Positions 1 through 9,200 of a DNA stretch of 14,280 nucleotides are shown here, one piece after another (position 1 is the stretch's first letter; every line of letters begins with the position of its first letter). The DNA is from Elusimicrobiales bacterium. Its GTDB lineage: Bacteria > Elusimicrobiota > Elusimicrobia > Elusimicrobiales > UBA9959. Below the pieces are notes generated by a model. That model ran no database searches. It saw nothing but the letters and a program-made list of their open reading frames with translations, and was not told the DNA's origin. A program made the translations under genes and the position numbers. The stretch spans positions 1 through 14,280 of the forward strand of contig JBMFKQ010000038.1 of NCBI GenBank assembly GCA_049972095.1, in the 5' to 3' direction.

Positions 1-107
1 CATCATAAAATACCTCCTAAGATTAGTTATACCTAATCCAGAGGTTTCGATGACATATTTATTATCTAACGATGATTCCTTCGATGACAAAAATTATTAT
101 CTAATGC
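1..107 (-). mobile_element. End of a multicopy element (probable IS end), inverted relative to 14162-14234; carries an RBS and the ATG-ATG start of an ORF that runs off the left edge
   Basis: 1-55 is the exact reverse complement of 14180-14234, and 80-107 is the exact reverse complement of 14162-14189. Similarity stops abruptly at 107/14162. The minus strand reads AGGAGGTATTTTATGATG at 18..1. No transposase is visible, so IS identity is inferred. Confidence 0.55.
46..107. repeat. Imperfect tandem direct repeat, period 34 bp
   Basis: TTCGATGACA-tat-TTATTATCTAA-cg (46-71) and TTCGATGACA-aaaa-TTATTATCTAA-tgc (80-107). Confidence 0.9.
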
Positions 108-113
108 CTCTTA

Positions 114-143
114 TTGATTTTTTGGGTTAGTTTATTATATAAT
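114..143 (+). promoter_or_regulatory. Sigma70-type promoter of the efflux operon
   Basis: TTGATT (114-119), 18-bp spacer, TATAAT (138-143). Confidence 0.65.
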
Positions 144-166
144 TTACTTACCGGTAGGTAAGTTAT
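139..166. promoter_or_regulatory. Putative TetR-family operator
   Basis: Imperfect palindrome ATAATTTACTTACC|GGTAGGTAAGTTAT; core 144-161 TTACTTACCGGTAGGTAA has one mismatched pair. It overlaps the -10 box, the predicted TSS and the start codon of the TetR-containing gene. Confidence 0.75.
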
Positions 167-2015
167 GAGAAAAGCAAAACTTACAAAAGAGATGATAACA
201 GAAAAAGCACTTGAGCTTTTTTCAGAATATGGTATTGATAGAGTTTCAATGAATGATATAGCTAAAGAGCTTTCAATAACAAAACCATCACTTTATTATT
301 ACTTTAAAAATAAAGAGGATATTATATTCTACGCTTTCTCTCAAAAGATAGGCGAGATGGAGAATATACTCGGGCACATTGATAAAAAAGATGGACTTAA
401 AGATTTTATATACTCACTTATTGAAACTCACTATCGATTTTTCACCAATAATTCAACAAGGATAAAATGTTTTTTCAGAGTGCTTGATTCAGAAAACTTT
501 AAGAGGCTTGAAGGTTTGATAAATATGGTTGTCAATAGAATAAGGGTTAAGATAAGAAAGAACCTTCTTTCCTCTGCAACTGAGGATAGTGTTAAGAGAA
601 ATATTGATGAGATATCTATTTTCATTAGCTCAATCATAAGTTATGTTATGATGGAAATAAAGATGAAGAGAAAAATAAATATGATCAGGATAAAAAAGGT
701 TGTTGATATTTTTATTAAAGGTCTATCTGTATTGATGTTTTTTATTTTAGTCGATCTCTATTCACTTGAGATTAGTGAGGAAAAAGCTATTTCTATTGCG
801 TTTGAAAAAAATATAAACATACAAAATGCAATAACTGCTCAGCTGATTGCTAATGAGAAGGTAAGGGAGTATTATGGTAGTTCATATCCTCAAATAAATC
901 TTTCTGCAGTATATACAAATAACATAGAAAAACCACTTGCTTTTATGGGATCAAGAATGGTTGAAATGGGTATGAGAAACTCATATTCCCTGAACATCTC
1001 TTTGAATCAAATACTATGGTCTGGAGGCAAAATAAGCTCTGCCATATCTCTTGCTAAAATATATAAGGAACTTTCAAATCAGCAGATTATTCTTTCTAAG
1101 AATGCTGTAAAAAAATCAGTAAGACAGCTCTTCTATACTCTTCTTTATATGAATGAGGTTGTTAAATTAAGAAGCGAGATGCTTTCTATAGAAAAGCAGC
1201 ATCTTGCAATGTTTGAAGAGAAATACAAGCAAGGGGTAGCAAGTGATCTTAATCTTATGAGACAAAAAGTAGAGGTTTCAAATAGAGAGGTAGATCTTAT
1301 AAAGGCTCAAAATAGCTATCAGATAACACTTCTTGCACTTAAAAATCTCTTAGGAATAGATCTTGATGAAGATATAATAATTTTGGGTGAGTTTAAATAC
1401 CTTGAAAGAGATTTTGATTTTTCAAAACTATATCACCACGCTCTTATAAATAGACCAGATTGGCGAATTGCACTTCTTCAAAGGGATATGGCTATTAAAA
1501 CTCTTGATATAGATAGAGCCTCTGATTATCCAACAATATCACTTTTTGCAAATAGACAGTTTAGTGCTGCAAATGAGAAAAGCAATTTCCCGCCACAAAA
1601 TCTTAGAGGTTGGAGTCTTGTTGGAGGACTTTCAGTAAATATGCCAGTTTTTAATGGTTTTTCGACAACAGCAAGAATAAAACAGTCGCAGAAGAATCTT
1701 GAAATTGCTGAGAGGAATCTTGAGGATATGAAAAGGAAGTTAAAAATAGAACTCAGGGAATTAGAACTTAATATGAAAGAGGTTTGTAAAAGGATAGAGG
1801 CAACAAAGATTTCACTCGAGAATGCCGATAAGATTTTAAAATCTACTGAGCAGCGCTTTAAATCTGGGCTTGCAAGTCAGCTTGAGCTTAATGATGCAAC
1901 TCTTCTTTATTCATCTGCAAGGATGAATTATATAAATTCAATTTTTGACTACATAAATCAGCTTATAAATCTTGACTACATAACAGGGAATTATGGAGGT
2001 AACAATGAAAAATAA
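165..2015 (+). CDS. TetR/AcrR-family regulator fused to a TolC-family outer-membrane efflux protein
   Basis: N-terminal TetR HTH (ITEKALELFSEYGIDRVSMNDIAKELSITKPSLYYYFKNKEDI) followed by a helical domain ending VVDIFIKGL (~aa 187); hydrophobic segment aa 186-200; then two OEP repeats (YPQINLS...LNQILWSGG...EEKYKQGVASDLNL; YPTISL...VNMPVFNGF...EQRFKSGLASQLEL). Confidence 0.9.
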   Translation: MRKAKLTKEMITEKALELFSEYGIDRVSMNDIAKELSITKPSLYYYFKNKEDIIFYAFSQKIGEMENILGHIDKKDGLKDFIYSLIETHYRFFTNNSTRIKCFFRVLDSENFKRLEGLINMVVNRIRVKIRKNLLSSATEDSVKRNIDEISIFISSIISYVMMEIKMKRKINMIRIKKVVDIFIKGLSVLMFFILVDLYSLEISEEKAISIAFEKNINIQNAITAQLIANEKVREYYGSSYPQINLSAVYTNNIEKPLAFMGSRMVEMGMRNSYSLNISLNQILWSGGKISSAISLAKIYKELSNQQIILSKNAVKKSVRQLFYTLLYMNEVVKLRSEMLSIEKQHLAMFEEKYKQGVASDLNLMRQKVEVSNREVDLIKAQNSYQITLLALKNLLGIDLDEDIIILGEFKYLERDFDFSKLYHHALINRPDWRIALLQRDMAIKTLDIDRASDYPTISLFANRQFSAANEKSNFPPQNLRGWSLVGGLSVNMPVFNGFSTTARIKQSQKNLEIAERNLEDMKRKLKIELRELELNMKEVCKRIEATKISLENADKILKSTEQRFKSGLASQLELNDATLLYSSARMNYINSIFDYINQLINLDYITGNYGGNNEK

Positions 2016-2877
2016 ATGTTTTTTGAGTATGATTTTAATATATGTTGTGTTTTATTCTTGTTACAAGAAAGATACCTCAAACAAAATTGAAGAGTTTTTT
2101 TATGTTGGTGTTAAAAGAATTCAAAGAATGGATTTAAAGCAAGAGATTGTTGTTGTTGGAAATATTAAAGCAAAGGATGAGGCTGTTTTATATCCAAGGG
2201 TTGGTGGTAAGCTTATAGAGAACCTTGTTAAGGAAGGAGATTTTGTAAAAAAAGAGGATCCTGTTGCGCTTATTAAACGAGACGAGGTTGGCGCGGTTTA
2301 TGAACCCTCTCCTGTCCCATCAACAATAGATGGTTACATTGGAAGGGTTTATCAGGATGTTGGTGCTGATGTCAATCCAATGACTCCAATAGCACTTGTA
2401 GTTAATCAAAGTATTGTGAGAGTTCAGATGGAGATACCGGAAAAATATCTCTCAGATATATCACAAGGGCAGAGGATTTATTTTACGGTTAGCAGTTATC
2501 CATCAAAAAACTTTTACGGAAAGATTGATAAAATAAGTCCTGTTATAGATAAAGTTTCAAGAACATTTCTTGCAGAATCAATTATGGAAAATAGCTCGGG
2601 TATGCTTAAATCAGGTATGACTGCTGAGGTTCATATAGTGCTTAAGGAAGCAAAAAATGCTGTTGCAGTGCCAAAGTCTGCAGTTATATGGAAGAATAAT
2701 AAGCCTTACATCTATCTTGCTGATAGACAAAAGAATATAGCGGTTGAAAAGGAAATAAAAATTGGAATTATAAACACTGATTATGTTGAGGCAAAAAATG
2801 TTAATGATGGAGAGTATGTGATAACTGTTGGACTTTACGGCATTAAGGATGGTGTAAAGATAAAGATAAACGAATGA
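2005..2877 (+). CDS. RND efflux periplasmic adaptor (membrane fusion protein), probable lipoprotein, lacking the alpha-hairpin
   Basis: GGAGG at 1995-1999 favours ATG 2005 over 1993. Signal peptide ends in FYSC. Lipoyl halves VGGKLIENLVKEGDFVKK and VPSTIDGYI; beta-barrel motifs GKIDKISPVID...SRTF and LKSGMTAEV; AVAVPKSAV. Confidence 0.9.
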   Translation: MKNKCFLSMILIYVVFYSCYKKDTSNKIEEFFYVGVKRIQRMDLKQEIVVVGNIKAKDEAVLYPRVGGKLIENLVKEGDFVKKEDPVALIKRDEVGAVYEPSPVPSTIDGYIGRVYQDVGADVNPMTPIALVVNQSIVRVQMEIPEKYLSDISQGQRIYFTVSSYPSKNFYGKIDKISPVIDKVSRTFLAESIMENSSGMLKSGMTAEVHIVLKEAKNAVAVPKSAVIWKNNKPYIYLADRQKNIAVEKEIKIGIINTDYVEAKNVNDGEYVITVGLYGIKDGVKIKINE

Positions 2878-2895
2878 ATATCTTGGAGTAAAAGT

Positions 2896-5800
2896 ATGAA
2901 CTTCACAAGTTTTTTCATAAGAAGACCTGTTTTTACAACAATGCTTGCAGTTGGGATTGTTACGCTTGGTTTATTTTCCTATATAAGGATTGGGGTGGAT
3001 CTTTTTCCAAATGTTGAGTTTCCATTTGTCACGGTAAAGACAGTGCTTAGAGGAGCAAGCTCTGTTGAAATAGAATCTTCAGTTACCAAGGTTATAGAGG
3101 AGGCAGTAACTACAGTTAGTGGCATTGAGGAACTAACATCAACAAGCTATGAAGGACTTTCTCTTGTTATGATAAAATTTGATCTTGATAAAGACCCTGA
3201 TGTGGCAGTACAGGAGGTAAAGGATAAAGTAAATTTAGTTTTATCACAGCTTCCTCCGGGCACTGATCTTCCGGTAATAAGCAAGGTTGACTTTGGTGCT
3301 ATGCCAATTCTCTCTGTTGCTTTTTACTCAGAATCTGATAGAGATCTAATTAATCTGACTGAGCTTATTAGAAAAAGGGTTAAAGAGGTTATTGAGACTA
3401 TAAACGGGGTTGGAAGTGTGGATATAGTGGGGGGAAGAAAAAGAGAGATACATATTGTTTTGGATCCAATAAAAATGCAGTCTTATGGAATTAGTGCCAA
3501 AGCGGTATCATATGCAATAAGACAACAGAATGTTGAAATACCGGTTGGGGATGTTGAGGAGAAGGATTTTGATTATGTAGTTAGGGTTCTTGGAAGGGTC
3601 GGAAGGGTTGAAGATTTTAATAATATTGTTGTTGCTACATATAATGGTAAAATTGTAAGGCTTTCAGATATAGCAAGGGTTGAAGATATAGGGGAGATAA
3701 TTAGAAGTGTATCATATCTTAATGGTAAGAGAGCCGTTAATCTTGTTATTAAAAAACAATCAGGTATAAACACAGTTGAAGTTATAGATAGAATAAAGGA
3801 AAAACTTTTAGAGATAAAAAAGAGTCTTCCTGCTGATATATCCTACAGCATAGTTGGTGATCAAAGTATCTTTATAAAAGGATCAATAAATGCTGTTAAG
3901 GAGCATCTGGTGCTGGGTGCTTTACTTGCCAGTGTGATTATGCTCTTTTTTATAGGTGATATAAGGGGAACATTGATTGCTGCTGTTGCAATACCTGTTT
4001 CAATTATAGGAAGTTTTGCTTTAATGGAGGTAAGCGGATTTACTCTTAACAATATAACTCTTCTTGCTCTTATCGTTGCTGTTGGTTTGGTGATTGATGA
4101 TGCAATAGTTATGATAGAAAACATACACAGACATATAAGGCATGAGGATATTGATTCTAAGAAGGCAAGTGAGACGGGATCAAGAGAGATAATTTTTGCT
4201 GTTATGGCAATATCACTATCTCTTCTTGCTGTTTTTATTCCCATTGCTTATATGTCTGGAATAATAGGAAGATTTATGAAAAATTTTGGTTTAACCCTTG
4301 CTTATTCTGTTATAATATCCATGATTGTTGCAATTACAATTACACCAAGCTACTGTGGGATTTTTTTAAGAAAACTTAAAGAAAATAGGTTTACTTATTT
4401 TGTGGATAGAATTAATACTTCCCTTGCTGATTTATATTTAAAGGTTTTACGATATTCAATCACACATATTAAAACAATGGTTATTGTTGGTCTTGTGGTT
4501 ATGTGTTCAACAGTTGTGCTTATTAAAAATATAGGTAAAGATTTTTTACCCATTGATGATACATCTATGTTTCAGATAAATATTACTGCAAAAGAAGGCA
4601 CAAATATAGAGATGATGAAGAAATTGTTATTTACACTTGAAAGAGAGATAAAAGATAATATACCTTATGTAACCAAATCACTTATAAATATAGGGATTTC
4701 ACAAAGTGGTTTAGATTCTAAAAATGAGGGTTATCTTTTCTTTGAGTTGGTTGATAGAAAAAAAAGAAAAGAACATTTATCTGTTATAATGGAAAGGGTT
4801 AGAAAAATACTTTCTAAATATGAGGGATTGAGGACATCTGTTATTGTTGCAGGAAAGGGAAGTATTTCCGGTGTCAAGGATTATGCTCTTGAATATGTTA
4901 TAACCGGACCTGATATTGAAGTTCTTGATAGATATGCAAAAGAGATTGTGGATGAGCTTAAACAAGTTAATGGTGCTGTTGATATAGATACAAGCTTTAC
5001 TAATGCAAAACCAGAATATAGAGTTATAATAGACAGGGATAAAGCAAATATGCTTGGTGTTAAAATAGAGGATATAGCAACTACGCTTAGAAGTTTTATT
5101 TCAGGTGAAGAGGTTATAACAAGATATAAGGAGGGTGATGAGCTTTATGAGGTTAAGATAAGAGTGGATGAAAAGTGGAGGAATTCTCCACGGGTAATAA
5201 AGTCTCTTACCATTCCATCATCTTCAGGTATGCTTGTTAGACTTGATAATATTGCTGAGATTGTTGAAGGATATGGCCCGACTCAGATAGATAGATACAA
5301 CAGGCAGAGAAAAATATCTATTTATGCAAATACACAGGGTAAAGCTTCTTTAAGTCAGCTTTTAAATCTTGTTGAGAAAAAGTTTAATTCAATAAACTCA
5401 TCGCCGCTTTATTCAGCAATGCCTGTAGGAAGAACAAAAGAATTTGGAAGAATGCTTAAAAGCTTTTTGATGGCTTTCGTATTTGCCTTTGTGTTTGTTT
5501 ATATAGTTCTTGCTGCTCAATTTGAAAGCTTTTTATACCCTATCTCAATAATAATAATAATACCTCTCACCATTCCTTTTGCTCTTATCTCTCTTTATCT
5601 GCTTGGACAAAATCTTACAATGTTTGGGCTTATGGGAATGTTTATGCTTTTTAGCATAGTTAAGAAGAACTCAATACTTCAGGTTGACTATACAAACACT
5701 TTAAGATCACTGGGTTATGATAGAGAAAAAGCTATTCTTGAGGCAAACAAAGTAAGGTTAAGACCAATACTTATAACCACACTTACTCTTGTTCTTGCGA

Positions 5801-5985
5801 TGATTCCTACTGCGTTGGGTAGTGGACCCGGTTGTGAGATGCGAAGGGCTCTTGCAGGTGTTATAATAGGAGGGCAGGTTTTATCACTTTTAATAACACT
5901 TCTTATGACACCTGTGACCTATATCATAATGGATAATTTATCATTAAAAATTGGCTCAAAATTTGGTATTTCAAAAAAATCTTGA
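2896..5985 (+). CDS. RND efflux permease, AcrB/AcrD/AcrF (HAE1) family
   Basis: 1029 aa; FIRRPVF N-terminus; proton-relay motifs GLVIDDAIVMIEN, KKNSILQVDY and RLRPILITT. Confidence 0.95.
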   Translation: MNFTSFFIRRPVFTTMLAVGIVTLGLFSYIRIGVDLFPNVEFPFVTVKTVLRGASSVEIESSVTKVIEEAVTTVSGIEELTSTSYEGLSLVMIKFDLDKDPDVAVQEVKDKVNLVLSQLPPGTDLPVISKVDFGAMPILSVAFYSESDRDLINLTELIRKRVKEVIETINGVGSVDIVGGRKREIHIVLDPIKMQSYGISAKAVSYAIRQQNVEIPVGDVEEKDFDYVVRVLGRVGRVEDFNNIVVATYNGKIVRLSDIARVEDIGEIIRSVSYLNGKRAVNLVIKKQSGINTVEVIDRIKEKLLEIKKSLPADISYSIVGDQSIFIKGSINAVKEHLVLGALLASVIMLFFIGDIRGTLIAAVAIPVSIIGSFALMEVSGFTLNNITLLALIVAVGLVIDDAIVMIENIHRHIRHEDIDSKKASETGSREIIFAVMAISLSLLAVFIPIAYMSGIIGRFMKNFGLTLAYSVIISMIVAITITPSYCGIFLRKLKENRFTYFVDRINTSLADLYLKVLRYSITHIKTMVIVGLVVMCSTVVLIKNIGKDFLPIDDTSMFQINITAKEGTNIEMMKKLLFTLEREIKDNIPYVTKSLINIGISQSGLDSKNEGYLFFELVDRKKRKEHLSVIMERVRKILSKYEGLRTSVIVAGKGSISGVKDYALEYVITGPDIEVLDRYAKEIVDELKQVNGAVDIDTSFTNAKPEYRVIIDRDKANMLGVKIEDIATTLRSFISGEEVITRYKEGDELYEVKIRVDEKWRNSPRVIKSLTIPSSSGMLVRLDNIAEIVEGYGPTQIDRYNRQRKISIYANTQGKASLSQLLNLVEKKFNSINSSPLYSAMPVGRTKEFGRMLKSFLMAFVFAFVFVYIVLAAQFESFLYPISIIIIIPLTIPFALISLYLLGQNLTMFGLMGMFMLFSIVKKNSILQVDYTNTLRSLGYDREKAILEANKVRLRPILITTLTLVLAMIPTALGSGPGCEMRRALAGVIIGGQVLSLLITLLMTPVTYIIMDNLSLKIGSKFGISKKS

Positions 5986-6140
5986 TATATGCATCAGCAT
6001 AATTCCTTTCAAGTCAAAAAATCTTTGTCAAACTAATTCAAAATTTATAATGCAAAGTCCAAGATTTCACTTCTTATGTTTCATGTTTTACATCTCAGCT
6101 CTCCATTTTGCTGAGGTTAGATTATATTTAGCTTGTGTTA

Positions 6141-6169
6141 TTGCATATTCTTCATAAAAATGTTAGAAT
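6141..6169 (+). promoter_or_regulatory. Sigma70-type promoter of the PFOR gene
   Basis: TTGCAT (6141-6146), 17-bp spacer, TAGAAT (6164-6169) preceded by the extended -10 TGn; AAGGAGG RBS upstream of ATG 6233. Confidence 0.7.
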
Positions 6170-6232
6170 GTGAAAAAGAAGAAGGTTTTTTTTCGTTTTT
6201 AAAATTTAAGGATATTTAAGGAGGAAAATAAA

Positions 6233-9200
6233 ATGGAAAAGTATAAAAAGGTTGTTATGGATGGTAATACTGCTACTGCCTATGTTGCTCATGCAACAAA
6301 TGAGGTTATAGCAATATATCCTATAACCCCATCAAGTGTGATGGGTGAGCTTTCTGATCTTAAATCTGCAAATGGTGAGAAGAATATATGGGGGACGATT
6401 CCAACCGTTGTTGAGATGCAGTCGGAGGGAGGAGCCGCAGGGGCTGTTCATGGAGCTCTTACAACAGGAGCTCTAACAACAACATTTACTGCATCTCAAG
6501 GGTTACTTCTGATGATACCCAATATGTATAAGATTGCAGGTGAGCTTACTTCAACTGTTTTTCATGTTTCTGCAAGGGCTGTTGCTACACATGCTCTTTC
6601 AATATTCGGTGATCACAGCGATGTTATGGCAACAAGACAGACTGGTTGGGCGCTTTTAGCCTCATCAAATCCTCAAGAAGCACAGGATTTTGCTCTTATT
6701 GCTCAAAGAGCAACGCTTGAATCAAGAGTCCCTTTTCTTCATTTCTTTGATGGGTTTAGAACCTCACATGAGCTTAATATAGTTGAGCTTTTATCTTTTG
6801 ATGATATGAGAAAGTTTCTTCCTGATCGACTAATTATGGAGCATAGAAAAAGGGCACTTGACCCTGAAAGGCCTACAATGAGGGGAACGGCACAGAATCC
6901 TGATGTTTTTTTCCAGGGCAGAGAAGCAGTAAATAGGTTCTATCTCAATCTTCCTTCAATTATGAGAGATGTTTTTGATGAGTTTTATAAGCTTACAGGT
7001 AGAAGATATGATCTGTTTGAATATGTTGGTGCAGCTGATGCAAAAAGGGTTATAGTTATTATGGCAAGTGGTTGTGATGTTGTAGAGGAGACTGTAAAAT
7101 ATCTCAATAAAAATAGTAAGGAAAAGGTGGGTGTTGTTAAGGTTAAGCTTTATAGACCATTTTCTGTTGATGATTTCTTAAGGGTTCTTCCAAGAGGCGT
7201 TAAAAGGATTGCAGTTATGGATAGGACAAAAGAGGCAGGGGCAGGTGGTGAGCCTCTTTATCTTGATGTTGTTGATGCAGTAGTCAAAGGATATAAAAAC
7301 GGTGTTATTAAAAGGATGCCTTTGGTTATTGGTGGGAGATATGGACTTGGCTCAAAGGAATTTAATCCTGCAATGGCTAAAGCTGTTTTTGATAACCTTG
7401 CTTTGGATAATCCGAAAAACAATTTTACAGTTGGCATAATTGATGATGTTACAAATACGAGTCTTGAGTGGGATGAGAATTTTGATATAGAGCCATCAAC
7501 AACATTTAGAGCTCTTTTTTATGGGCTTGGTTCAGATGGGACTGTTGGGGCAAATAAAAACACAATAAAGATAATAAGTGAGGAGGCTGGTAAATATGCT
7601 CAAGGGTATTTTGTTTATGATTCAAAAAAGGCAGGTTCACTTACAATCTCACATGTCAGATTTGGTCAGGATTATATAAGAGCACCATATCTCATTACAA
7701 AAGCAAATTTTATAGGGTGCCACCAGTTTTCATTCCTTGATAAATATGATATGATTGATAAGCTTATTGATAAAGGGGTTTTTCTTCTAAACAGTCCCTT
7801 TAAAGCATCTGAGGTGTGGGAGAGAATACCATCACATGTTCAACAGCTTATAATAAAAAAGAAGGCAAGGTTTTATGTTATAAATGCATCTGAGATTGCA
7901 AAAAAGGTTGGTATGGGCTCAAGGATAAATGTTATAATGCAGACTGCATTTTTTGCTATCTCGGGGGTTCTTCCTAAGGATGAAGCAATAAAGGCAATAA
8001 AGGAATCAATTAAAAAGACCTACATAAGAAAAGGAATGGATGTTGTTGAGAAAAACTGGAAGGCTGTTGATGTTGCGGTTGAGTCAATTGAGGAGGTTAA
8101 GTATCCGCAAGAAGTTACATCAGCAATTGCTTTTAATCCATGCAGGATAACTGATGATATGCCAGAGTTTGTTAAGAATGTTACATGTGAGATGATTTCA
8201 TATCGGGGTGATAGGATACCAGTCTCAAAATTTCCGGTGGATGGTACATATCCAACAGCAACAACTCAATATGAGAAAAGAAATATTGCTCTTGAGGTGC
8301 CTGTATGGGAGCCAGATTTTTGTATTCAATGTGGTATATGTTCATTTGTGTGCCCTCATGCGGCCATAAGATTAAAGGCATATGATGAAACTCAGCTTAA
8401 AGGTGCCCCTTCAACATTTAAATACACTGATGGTAAAGGAGAATTGAAAGGTTTAAAATTTACAGTTCAGGTCTCTGTTGAGGATTGTACAGGTTGTGGA
8501 ACGTGTGTTTATAATTGTCCCGCGAAAGAAAAAAAAGATGGAAAGGAAACCGGCAGAAAAGCTATAAATATGCATCCACAGATTCCACTTAGAGAAACGG
8601 AAAGGAAAAATTGGGATTTTTTCCTCAAAATAAAAGAGAGAGGCTCGCAGATAACGAACAGGTTTACGGTTAAAGGAAGTCAGCTTGTGATGCCTCTTTT
8701 TGAGTTTTCTGGGGCTTGTGCTGGTTGTGGTGAGGCTACTTATATAAAACTCCTGACACAGCTCTTTGGTGATCATATTGCAATAGCAAATGCAACAGGA
8801 TGTTCATCCATCTATGGAGGAAATCTTCCAACAACACCTTACTGTAAAAGAGAGGATGGGAAAGGCCCTGTATGGTCAAACTCACTTTTTGAGGATAATG
8901 CAGAGTTTGGTTTTGGAATGAGGCTTACTTATGATAAGCTCTATGAATATGCAATGGAACTATTAAAAGAGCTTTCATCAAAGCTTCCATCTAACCTATC
9001 ACACGAGATACTGTCAGCTAAGCAAGATTCTTGGCTTGATATAGAAAGGCAGAGAGGAAGGGTAAGTGAGTTAAAAAAAGAGCTGGAAAAAATAGATGAT
9101 GATAAAGCAAAAAGGCTTCTTTCAATTGCTGATTATCTTATCAAAAAGTCTGTATGGATAGTTGGTGGTGATGGTTGGGCTTATGATATAGGATATGGAG

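Noticed and set aside
46..107. CRISPR array
   Set aside because: Only two imperfect units separated by 8 bp; no spacer-length intervals and no cas genes.
6025..6044. Rex operator-like TTGTCAAACTAATTCAAAA upstream of nifJ
   Set aside because: Spacing is one base off the TTGTGAA-N4-TTCACAA consensus, it has mismatches, and it lies about 100 bp from the promoter.
5951..6157. 68-aa ORF, or an ncRNA/riboswitch, in the gap before nifJ (hairpin CTCAGC/GCTGAG at 6094-6115)
   Set aside because: The ORF has a non-ATG start inside the RND gene, no RBS, and overlaps the nifJ promoter. The single 6-bp stem lies upstream of that promoter and matches no riboswitch I recognise; at most it is a weak terminator.
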